Assembly: GCA_963806225.1 (NCBI GenBank)
Contig: CAWDXG010000004.1
Span: 2,816,001 to 2,880,000, forward strand
From: an uncultured delta proteobacterium
Lineage (GTDB): Bacteria > Myxococcota_A > Polyangia > Polyangiales > Polyangiaceae
Length of the DNA: 64,000 bases
Direction: 5' to 3'
In this document: positions 32,665 through 41,472 of the stretch, in pieces
Layout: the number at the start of each line of letters is the position of its first letter
Position numbering within the stretch: the first letter of the stretch is position 1
Translations under genes and position numbers: made by a program
The notes under the pieces: model-generated
The model's input: the letters and a program-made list of their open reading frames with translations, nothing else
Told to the model about the DNA's origin: nothing
The model's database searches: none

Positions 32665-33707
32665 CACGGCGCCACCCTGTGCGCGGCGACGATGCGCCGG
32701 TACACGGCAATGTACTCCTCGACCATGCGCCCGACATCGAAGCGCGACTCCACCGAACCCCGCACCTGGGCCGCGTCGAGGCCGCGGGCGGCGCCCACCG
32801 CTTCTACGGCGTCGTCGAGAGAATTCACCAGGAAGCCGCTCACCCCATGCTGCACTATCTCCGGCATCGAACCGCGCCGGTGCGCGATCACCGGCGTCCC
32901 CGACGCCATCGCCTCCACCACGCTGAAGCCGAAGGGCTCCTCGAAGTCGATCAGGTGCAAGAGCGCTCGAGCGCCGCCCAGCACCTCGGCGCGCCGCTCG
33001 GCTCCGACCGCGCCCACGAAGCGCACCCGCTCGCCGTCGAGGTGCGGTTCCACCGCGTGCTCGAAATACTCCTGGTCCTGGACGATCCCGGCGATGACCA
33101 GCGGCAGCCCCGCCCTTCGAGCCACCTCGATCGCCTGCGCCGTGCCCTTGTCCGGATGGATCCGCCCGAAAAAGAGCAGGTAGTCCCGGGCGGCGGTGCA
33201 CACCGGAAACTCCCGCATGTCTATGCCGTGGTGGATCGTCGCGACGTAGTCGAGCGACGGATGTCGATCCGCGTCGCTGATCGCCACGTAGTACGAGCGC
33301 CGGTTGTACTTCTGGTACACGGGCAGGATCCGCGCGGAGGAGAAGCCGTGGATCGTCGTGACGACCGGCGTGTCGACGAGCGCGGAGTAGCTCAGAGGCG
33401 CGAAGTCGAAGCTGTTGTGGATCACGTCGAAGTCCGCCGCGCGCTCGAACACCGCCGATACGTGCAGACACTCCTCGACCTTCACGTCGAGCTCCGGATC
33501 TTCCGAGTAGCCCGTCGGCGCCGTTTTCACGTGCCGCGCGCGCGTGACCGAGTCCGCGCTGGCGAACAACGTCACGTCGAGCCCGCGCTCGACGAGACCT
33601 TCCGTCAGAAGCGAGGCGAACAGCTCCCACGGGCCGTAGTGCCGCGGCGGAACCCGCCAGGAGATCGGTGCCAGCACCGCCACCCGGAGTCGGTCGGAGT
33701 GCATCAT
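32664..33707 (-). CDS. GT4 glycosyltransferase
   Basis: VPPRHYGPWE, GRIHPDKG and EPFGFSVVEAMASGTPV motifs. Confidence 0.92.
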   Translation of the reverse strand: MMHSDRLRVAVLAPISWRVPPRHYGPWELFASLLTEGLVERGLDVTLFASADSVTRARHVKTAPTGYSEDPELDVKVEECLHVSAVFERAADFDVIHNSFDFAPLSYSALVDTPVVTTIHGFSSARILPVYQKYNRRSYYVAISDADRHPSLDYVATIHHGIDMREFPVCTAARDYLLFFGRIHPDKGTAQAIEVARRAGLPLVIAGIVQDQEYFEHAVEPHLDGERVRFVGAVGAERRAEVLGGARALLHLIDFEEPFGFSVVEAMASGTPVIAHRRGSMPEIVQHGVSGFLVNSLDDAVEAVGAARGLDAAQVRGSVESRFDVGRMVEEYIAVYRRIVAAHRVAP

Positions 33708-35960
33708 CCGTTGCCGAGCTGCGAGAGCTCCGTGAGCGCGAGCAGGAACGACAACGTGGACTCGGCTCCCTGGTTCTGGTTCAGCCGGTCTGCGTGGAGG
33801 CCGTCGCGGCAACCTCCCGTCGCGGGATCGTAGAGGGACACGCGGAGGTGGTTCTGCCCCAGAAACCAACGGAATGCGCAGCGCATCTCGTGCGTCCAGC
33901 TCTCCTCTCCCGTCAGCCGCCAGGCGTCGAGGCAGGCCGAGACCATTGCGGCGGCCTCGAGCGGTTGCTGGTCGAACGGCGCCTTTCGCGAGTTTCGCTG
34001 GTAGAATCCGTTCGAGCCGATGGGCGCGAAGTCGCCGTCCTCCGAACGCTGGATCTCCGCCAGCCACTCCAGCGAGCGAAGCCCGGTGGCGAACATCTCC
34101 GCGTTCCCCATCCTGTCTCCAGAGACGATGAGCGCTTGCGGCAGGCGGGCGTTGTCGTAGCTCACGAGATCCTCGCACCAGCGCCAGTCGTGGCTCGCGT
34201 TCCGCTCGAACCTCGACAGCAGCTTCCCGGCGATGAGCTTCTGAATCGCCTCGACGCCGCTGTCGCCTTGAAACGCGCGCAGGTACTCGTTGATACCCAG
34301 CAGCGCGAAGGCCCAGCCGCGCGAGCTTTCGAAGCGCGAGACCACGGGCAGCGCGGCGTGGAACAGGTGACCGCCCAGGCTCCGCCGCCCTGGATCGCGG
34401 GAGCGACCGACCACCGCGCCGAGCGCCCAGAGCGCGCGGCCCTGGCTGTCCTCCGAGCCGCACTGCTCGGTCCACTTGCGGGAATACGTCATGAAGTTCC
34501 TGAAACGACCGACATCGCTGTTGAAGGCGTAGCTCACGAACGCCAGGTAGCGCGACCCGAGCGACCGCGTTGTCGCGCGGTCTGTCGTGCCCGCGTCTTC
34601 GACCAGCGTCATCAATAGGAGCGCGCGTGCGTTGTCGTCCAGGCAGTAGCCATCCTCCAGGCGTGGAACCGAAAAGGCCGCGTGCTGCAGCAGGCCGGTG
34701 TCGTCCGTCATCAGGCGCAGATGCTCGACGTTGAGCTCCGGTGGGTCCATCGGGCGGACCTTGAGCGTCTTGGCCTCGAAGCCTGCACGGCGCGTCGACT
34801 CGTGCTCCCGCTTGGCGTGCTCCATGCTCGCCACGTAGCTCCGCGCCACCGAGGGCCAACCCATGTCGCGCCCGTACAGGGCGGCGCGCGCACCCAGCGC
34901 TGCGAGCTTCCCTGGGTCGTCGAGAAGCCCCGAGAATCGATTCCGCCATTGCGGCGGAATCGCGGCTGGGCACGAGAATGCCACGTCCGTCGGCGAGCAG
35001 CTCGCTGGCGTAGCGATAGGGCGTCGAGACCACGGCTTTCCCGGCGCCGACAGCGTAGGCCAGCGTGCCCGAGGTGGTCTGCTCTGGATTGAGATACGGC
35101 GTCGTGTAGATGTCGGCCACCGACAGGAACTCGACGAGCTCCAGCAGGCTCACGAAGCGATCATGGAAGATGATGTTCGAGTCTACGCCCAGCCGCCGTG
35201 CCAGTTGTGCAAGGTCGCGCCGGTAGGCTTCTCCGCTGCGCTCCTTCACGTGCGGGTGCGTCGCGCCTACCACGACATACATCACGTCCGGGTGGCGCTC
35301 GACGACGCGCGGCAGCGCCTCGATGACGTACTCGATGCCCTTGTCCGGCGATAGCAGCCCGAACGTCAGGATCACCGACTTGCCTTCCAGGCCGAGCTGG
35401 GTCTTGCTGGTCGGGGCGCGCGGCAAGCCGGGTATGCCGTGGGGAATGATGTCGATCTTGTCTTGGGGCGCGCCGTGGACGTCGTGCAGGAGGGCGGCCC
35501 CGTGGCGGCTCATCACGACCAGGCGCGTGGAGAGCCGCACGACCTCGTCCATCACGCGCCGTTGGTCCGCGCTGGGCTCGCCCACGATGGTGTGGAGCGT
35601 GGTGACGATCGGCACGCGGAGCTCGCGCAGCAGCGCCAGCACGTAGCTGCCCGCCTTGCCCCCGAAGATGCCGTACTCGTGCTGCACGCTCAGCACGTCG
35701 GTGGTCCCCACGTTCAGGAAGTCGGCGGCGCGGCGGTAGGACGAGAGTTCGCTCTCCGCTATCTCGAAGCGAACGCGCTCACCGTAGGCGTGGCGCATTC
35801 CAGGATCGTTCATCGCCACCACCGAGCACCCCAGATCGGGAAACTCGGTGCAGATGGCCTCCGCCAGGTCGGTCGTGAACGTCGCGATCCCGCACCGCCG
35901 CGGCAGGTGGTTACCGAGGAAGGTGATCCGACGGACGCTTTGGGAAGTATCCAGACTCAT
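33704..35960 (-). CDS. GT4 glycosyltransferase fused to a six-hairpin-glycosidase-like domain; frameshift near 34930
   Basis: PRRCGIATFT, FGLLSPDKGIE and SGTLAYA; then in another frame DDTGLLQHA, YCLDDNARAL, FDQQPLE and NQGAESTL. Confidence 0.88.
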
Positions 35961-36054
35961 GAGTGCTCCCGATACTGGAGCGCGCAGATTTGAAAGCCTC
36001 AGAACCAGCCCGCCACGCCCGACGCGCTGGATGTTCTATGTGCTCGAAGGCGAA

Positions 36055-36192
36055 CTACCTCTTCTTGTTGTCCTTGCCGGCCGCCGAGGCAGAAGCCTCC
36101 TGACGCTTGGCCTGGTCGTTTCTGGACTGCGACTTCGCCGCGTCCTTCTGGTTCTTGTTTCGCTGCTTGGCTTTGGGGGGCTTGTCGCCCAC
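36055..36192 (-). CDS. Small Lys/Gln-rich protein (45 aa)
   Basis: AGGAGG sits just upstream of a GTG; MGDKPPKAKQRNKNQKDAAKSQSRNDQAKRQ...KKR*. Confidence 0.7.
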   Translation of the reverse strand: MGDKPPKAKQRNKNQKDAAKSQSRNDQAKRQEASASAAGKDNKKR

Positions 36193-36323
36193 GTCTGCCT
36201 CCTGGCGCACGGGGCTCGAGCACGCGCCTCTGGAGAAGCGCGCGTCGGGAATCCCCCGGCGGAAGCGCACTGTACCACGCGAGCGATGCCTCATCGAAGC
36301 CGCCCCGCGGCCTAGCGACCGCG

Positions 36324-39116
36324 CTAGCGATCTGGACCCTCGACCTCGAGGTCGAGCACTTCCCGAACCTTGCGAGTCAGTTCAATCGCCGAGTACGGCT
36401 TGCCGATGAACTGGGCGCTGACGTTCGGCAGCCCACCGAGCCGCAGGGCGTCGTTGGTGAACCCGGAGGTGAACAGGACGTTCTGGTTGGGCCGCTCCGC
36501 CCCGAGACGGGCCGCCAGCTCCTGGCCGCTCATCCCCGGCATCACCATGTCCGTGAGCACCAGATGGACGGGGCCCGGGTGGGCCTTCAGCAAGGCCAGC
36601 GCCTGCTGGCCGCCATTCGCCGTCAGTACCGTGTAGCCCGCTCCCTTCAGGACGCGCGTGGCCACCCGGCGCACCGCCGGATCGTCCTCGACCACGAGGA
36701 CCGTCTCCGTGCCGCGAGCCAGTGCCGTTGCGCCCGCGATCGCTCCCGCTTCTGCCGGCGAGTCCACGACCGGCAGGTACACCTTGAACACCGTACCCTT
36801 GCCCACTTCGCTGTAGACCTCGACTCTCCCACCGCTCTGCTGGACGATGCCGAACACCGTGGATAGGCCCAGTCCCGAACCCTTGCCGACTCCCTTGGTG
36901 GTGAAGAACGGTTCGAAGATCCTCCGTCGGGTCGCCTCGAGCATGCCCAAGCCGGTGTCGGTGAACGCCAACAACACGTTTGGACCCGGCGTGCAGGTGG
37001 GGTGTTCGGCGGCGTAGGTGGCATCGAGCGTGACGTTGCGTGTCGACACGATCAACGTGCCTCCGTCGGGCATGGCGTCGCGGGCGTTCACCACCAGATT
37101 CACCACGACCTGCTCGAGCTGCCCGGCATCCACCTTCACGCTCCCGAGATCCGGAGCCGGCGAGAACTCCAGCAGGATGTTCTCGCCGATCAGGCGGCCC
37201 AGCATCCGCTCCATGTTCGCGACCACCGTGTTCACGTTCAGCACCGCGGGCTGGAGCACCTGCTTGCGGCTGAAGGCCAGGAGCTGACGCGTCAGCGTTG
37301 CCGCCCGTTCGCCGGCGAGGCGGATCTCGCGAAACTCCTCACGCAGGGGGTCGCCCTCCTGCAGATCCGCGGCCGCGAGGTCGGCGGTCGTGTTGATGAC
37401 CGTGAGAAGATTGTTGAAGTCGTGGGCGACCCCGCCGGCGAGTTGCCCCACCGTCTCCATCTTCTGGGCTTGCTGGAGTTGACTCTGCAGCAAGCGAAGA
37501 GCCGTCAGGTCCTCCTTGAGCGCGATGAAGTGCGCGATCTCGTCGCGCTCGTCTTTCACGGGTGTGACGGTCCGATTCTGGAGATACCGACTGCCGTCTC
37601 TGCGCAGACTTGTCACTTCGCCGCGCCAGACATTTCCGGCGAGGACGGTCGCCCACATCTCCTTGTCCGACGCAGCCGTCGCAGCATCGGCATCCGTCTG
37701 TGCCACGCCCCAGAGGCACATCCCCAGGCTCTCCTCGGCGCAGTAGCCGCTCAGCTTGGAGTACGCCGTGTTGCTCCATTCGACGACGCCGTTCCGGTCG
37801 GTGATGACCATGGCGCTGGCCGCGGCATTCAGCGCGGCGCTCTGCAGGCGGAGGGTCCCCTCCGCTTGAACTCGCTCCGTGATGTCCTGCACGGTGCCGG
37901 CCATGTAGGCCGGCTGGCCCCCGTCGTCGAGGGCCAGCTCGCCGCGACCCAGCACATAGCGGGTGGTGCCATCTGGCGGGTTGACCCGGATCTCCAGTTC
38001 GGAGGGCCCTTCATTCGCGAGACAGGCACTGATCCAGGCCTGCATCGCCCGCCGGTCGTCGGGGTGGATCAGACCGTCCAGGTTCTCCACGGTCGGTTCA
38101 AAGGTATCCGGCGTTACGCCGTAGACGCGATACATCTCCTCCGACCACGTCATGGGGCCAACGAGGTCCCAGTACCAACTTCCCACAGAGCCGAAGCGCT
38201 GCGCTTCCGACAGCAGGAACCCCTTCCTGCGCAAGTCGTCCTCCACCCGCTTGCGTGCGGTGATGTCGGTCCAGGTGACGACGCAACCGAGGATCTCGCT
38301 GGCTTGGAACAGCGGGCCTGCATTCACGAGAAAGGCGAGCTCCCGTCCATCGTGATCCAACGTGGCATCCACGTCGCGCAGCGTCTCCCCGCGTAGGACG
38401 GAGTCGACGCTAAATGATTGGGCGGTGCGGGTCTGCAGGGGGAACGCTTCGGTGAAAGGCAGCTGTAGTGGGTTGCTCTTGCAGAACGCCTGGGCTGTCT
38501 TGCTGGCGCGCATGACCTGTCCCTCGACGTCGCAGACGACGATGGCATCGGCGGCCTGCTCGAGGATGGATCGGGCCAACTGCTCCGCCGCGGCGACCTG
38601 CTCGAGATGTCGCTGCTCCGTCAGGTCCGTGAGCACGAGACAGGTCACCGTCTCGGCTCCGTCCAGCCGCAGGTGGGAAGCGGACAGGTACACGGGCATC
38701 GCGGTACCCCCGGCGGTCACCAGGGCGATCTCACTGCGGACGCTCTCGGTGTGCGCTCTCAGGAGGATCCCGGCGAGGGCCGCGTGGTCCGCGGGCGGTA
38801 GCCAGCTCTCGAGCGCGCTGCCGATCACCTGCTCGAGCGGCCGCCCCAGCATCTTGGCCAAACGGTCGTTGCAGTAGAGGATGACGCCGTCCTCCGAGAG
38901 AGTTGCCGCGCCCTCCCCCATCGTCTCGACGAGTTGACGATACGCCCGGTCGGCTCCGGTCAGAGTGAAGACCTGTTGCCCGCGCTCCCCCGTGACCATC
39001 ACGGCGTCCACGTTGCCACTGCGGATGGCGCGCAGGTCCTCCTGGGCGCCGGCCAGCTGGGCGCGGAGGGTGCTCATTTCCGTGTCGAGCGCAGGATCGG
39101 AACGGTGTTTCGTCAT
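36324..39116 (-). CDS. Multi-PAS hybrid histidine kinase (about 4 PAS, HisKA, HATPase, REC)
   Basis: TDLTE, TDIT, QDIT and EDLT PAS ends; AHDFNN, NARDAM, FFTTK, GLGL and LTDMVMP. Confidence 0.95.
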   Translation of the reverse strand: MTKHRSDPALDTEMSTLRAQLAGAQEDLRAIRSGNVDAVMVTGERGQQVFTLTGADRAYRQLVETMGEGAATLSEDGVILYCNDRLAKMLGRPLEQVIGSALESWLPPADHAALAGILLRAHTESVRSEIALVTAGGTAMPVYLSASHLRLDGAETVTCLVLTDLTEQRHLEQVAAAEQLARSILEQAADAIVVCDVEGQVMRASKTAQAFCKSNPLQLPFTEAFPLQTRTAQSFSVDSVLRGETLRDVDATLDHDGRELAFLVNAGPLFQASEILGCVVTWTDITARKRVEDDLRRKGFLLSEAQRFGSVGSWYWDLVGPMTWSEEMYRVYGVTPDTFEPTVENLDGLIHPDDRRAMQAWISACLANEGPSELEIRVNPPDGTTRYVLGRGELALDDGGQPAYMAGTVQDITERVQAEGTLRLQSAALNAAASAMVITDRNGVVEWSNTAYSKLSGYCAEESLGMCLWGVAQTDADAATAASDKEMWATVLAGNVWRGEVTSLRRDGSRYLQNRTVTPVKDERDEIAHFIALKEDLTALRLLQSQLQQAQKMETVGQLAGGVAHDFNNLLTVINTTADLAAADLQEGDPLREEFREIRLAGERAATLTRQLLAFSRKQVLQPAVLNVNTVVANMERMLGRLIGENILLEFSPAPDLGSVKVDAGQLEQVVVNLVVNARDAMPDGGTLIVSTRNVTLDATYAAEHPTCTPGPNVLLAFTDTGLGMLEATRRRIFEPFFTTKGVGKGSGLGLSTVFGIVQQSGGRVEVYSEVGKGTVFKVYLPVVDSPAEAGAIAGATALARGTETVLVVEDDPAVRRVATRVLKGAGYTVLTANGGQQALALLKAHPGPVHLVLTDMVMPGMSGQELAARLGAERPNQNVLFTSGFTNDALRLGGLPNVSAQFIGKPYSAIELTRKVREVLDLEVEGPDR

Positions 39117-39132
39117 GAAGCCCCGGCTCCCG

Positions 39133-39468
39133 TCATGACCTGGGCTGCAGCTCCAGCCCGATCAGAACCTTTTCGAGATTGGAGAGGTCGCCCACCATCC
39201 GCCGCAAGGGCTGGGGGAGCTTCCTGACCAGCGTGGGCAGGGCGACAATCTGCTCCTGCGCGGCAAGCTCCGGGTGCTGGTAGAGGTCGATCACCTGGAG
39301 GTCGTACATCCCCTTCAGACGCCCCTCGCAGAGCTCCTTGATGTTGGCGATGGCGCGCCTGGACCGAGGGGTCATGCCCGCCACGTACAGGCGCAAGATG
39401 TACTTGGTCACCTTCGCGGGCTCGGCACGCTTGGTTTTGGCCGATGCGCCTTTGGTCTTGGCCGTCAT
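39133..39468 (-). CDS. kaiB: KaiB-family protein
   Basis: LRLYVAGMTPRS...IDLYQHPELA...LPTLVRKLPQPLRRMVGDLS. Confidence 0.95.
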   Translation of the reverse strand: MTAKTKGASAKTKRAEPAKVTKYILRLYVAGMTPRSRRAIANIKELCEGRLKGMYDLQVIDLYQHPELAAQEQIVALPTLVRKLPQPLRRMVGDLSNLEKVLIGLELQPRS

Positions 39469-41240
39469 GCTGACCCCCGCGGACGCCTGACGGTCTTTTG
39501 GACGGCCCGTTTGTCGGACTGCCGCTCGCGGGCCATGCGCACCCGGTCACCGGCCAACACTCCGGCACGTGTCTGGGCTTGACCAATCGTTCTCGCCGCC
39601 TCGGCTTCCTCGACCTCGTACTCCGCGCGCAGCACCGCGATGTGCGCCTCCATGGACTGGCGCTTGCGTTCCAGGTTGTGCATCTTGCTCTGCGTCTCCT
39701 CCCCGTGCAGAAGAGTCTGGGCCTTCTCCTGCGCCTCCAGCGCCCCGCGCGCACTTCCGGTGAGCAGCGCGCCTGAAGGCCCGACGTACACGTCCCGCAG
39801 CTCGACCCCGTGATCGGTCAACAGGAACTCGCGGACCTGGTTCGAGTGCTTCATCCCTCGCGACTTCACCAGGTGCAGCACCCGGTTGCGCTCCGCGCCG
39901 TTGTGGACGTCCCGCAAGAGCAGCCAGGTGTCCATCAACGCCGAAATGGCCACCTCGGTGCTTTCCAGCCTCGCGTCGCCACTGGTGAGGCTCGTGATCA
40001 ACGCGGTAACGCCCTGCATTTTGAAGAAGTCGATGAGTCGCGTCATCATCGCCTTAACGTCCGCCTCGCTGCCGAGGGTGGCGAAAGCCGAGGCCGGGTC
40101 GAGGATGATGACGTGCGGCTTGAACTCCTTCACCAGCTTGTGGATCGTGACGAGCTGCATCTCCAGGCCCCAGATCGTGGACCGTTCCGTGTGGATGCGC
40201 AGCAGGCCGCGCCGCACCGCCGGTGCCAGGTCGACGCCGATGGCGCGCATGTTGCGGATGATCTGGCTCGACGATTCGTAGAAGGCGAGCCACAGGCAGC
40301 GCTCGCCCCGCTCGGCGGCTCCGGCGGCGAAGAGCGCGGCGAGGCTCGTCTTTCCCGAGCCGGCGGTACCGGACACCAGAACGGTGCTGCCCTGATAGTA
40401 GCCCTTGCCGCCCATCATCGCGTCCAGGCGCGGCACGCCCGAGGACACGCGCTCGACTCCCGCTTTCGGCTCCAGCCCCGCGGAGCTGGTGGGCAGAAGA
40501 GAGATGCCGCCCGCATCGATGAGGAACGGATACTCATTCGTGCTGTGCGTGGACCCTCTGTACTTCACGATGCGCAGCCGCCGCGTTGCCATCTGGCCCT
40601 CCACGCGGTGAGCGAGGACGATCACACAGTCGGCGACGTATTCCTCCAGTCCGTGGCGGGTCAATTTGTCCTGGCCGCTTTCGGCCGTGATGATCGCGGT
40701 GATGCCCCGAGCCTTCAGCCAGCGAAACAGGCGTTGGAGCTCGCCGCGCAGGACGGCGGCGTTGGACAGCCCGGCGAACAGCGTCTCCAGGGTGTCGAGC
40801 ACCACGCGCTTGGCGCCAATGCTGTCGATGGCGTGTCCCAGCCGGATGAAGAGCCCTTCCAGATCGAACTCGCCCGTCTGGGCCATCTCGCTGCGCTCGA
40901 CCCGGACGAATTCGACGACCAGCTTCTTCTTTTTGACCAACGTGGGGAGGTCGTGTCCGAGAGAGGCGAAGTTCGTCGCCAGCTCCCCGCCGTTCTCCTC
41001 GAAGGCCATGAAGACACCCGGCTCACCGAAGTCCACGGCGCCGCGCACCAGAAACTCCATCGCCATGAGGGTCTTGCCGCAGCCGGTGCCGCCGCACACA
41101 AGGGTCGGCCGTCCCCGGGGCAGACCACCGCCGGTGAGGGCGTCCAGTCCGTAGATGCCGGTGGGCGCCTTGCTCAGCACGGGTGTGCGGCGTGGCTTCT
41201 TCGCAGCACTCGCGGCACGCGCGGCAACTCGCTTCGCCAT
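39465..41240 (-). CDS. kaiC: Double-domain KaiC-family ATPase
   Basis: CI has GGTGCGKT, FEE and KYRGS. CII has GTAGSGKT and KSRGMKHS. C-terminal coiled coil; overlaps kaiB (ATGA). Confidence 0.95.
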   Translation of the reverse strand: MAKRVAARAASAAKKPRRTPVLSKAPTGIYGLDALTGGGLPRGRPTLVCGGTGCGKTLMAMEFLVRGAVDFGEPGVFMAFEENGGELATNFASLGHDLPTLVKKKKLVVEFVRVERSEMAQTGEFDLEGLFIRLGHAIDSIGAKRVVLDTLETLFAGLSNAAVLRGELQRLFRWLKARGITAIITAESGQDKLTRHGLEEYVADCVIVLAHRVEGQMATRRLRIVKYRGSTHSTNEYPFLIDAGGISLLPTSSAGLEPKAGVERVSSGVPRLDAMMGGKGYYQGSTVLVSGTAGSGKTSLAALFAAGAAERGERCLWLAFYESSSQIIRNMRAIGVDLAPAVRRGLLRIHTERSTIWGLEMQLVTIHKLVKEFKPHVIILDPASAFATLGSEADVKAMMTRLIDFFKMQGVTALITSLTSGDARLESTEVAISALMDTWLLLRDVHNGAERNRVLHLVKSRGMKHSNQVREFLLTDHGVELRDVYVGPSGALLTGSARGALEAQEKAQTLLHGEETQSKMHNLERKRQSMEAHIAVLRAEYEVEEAEAARTIGQAQTRAGVLAGDRVRMARERQSDKRAVQKTVRRPRGSA

Positions 41241-41472
41241 GGCCCCCCCTTCTTGCCGTGACGCCCGAACCGTCCACCGGTGCGTCACAAAGCGCCTTCT
41301 GACGATAACCACGAGACGGCCAACAGACAAGCGCACACTGGCACTTTGCTAGTTCGCGCACCGGATGAGTCGTTGCGCTGGCTATCCCACGCGAGCTGGC
41401 CACATCCCCGCCGCGCCTGCAATTGAAGGACAGTCGCCTCCAACGACGAGGCGGCCGGCGCACGATGGGAAC

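Noticed and set aside
32664..35960. 1098-aa double-GT4 protein, and the 718-aa ORF 31474-33630
   Set aside because: The middle and N-terminal parts are off-frame, Arg-rich text. The real genes are three coupled ORFs, one of them frameshifted.
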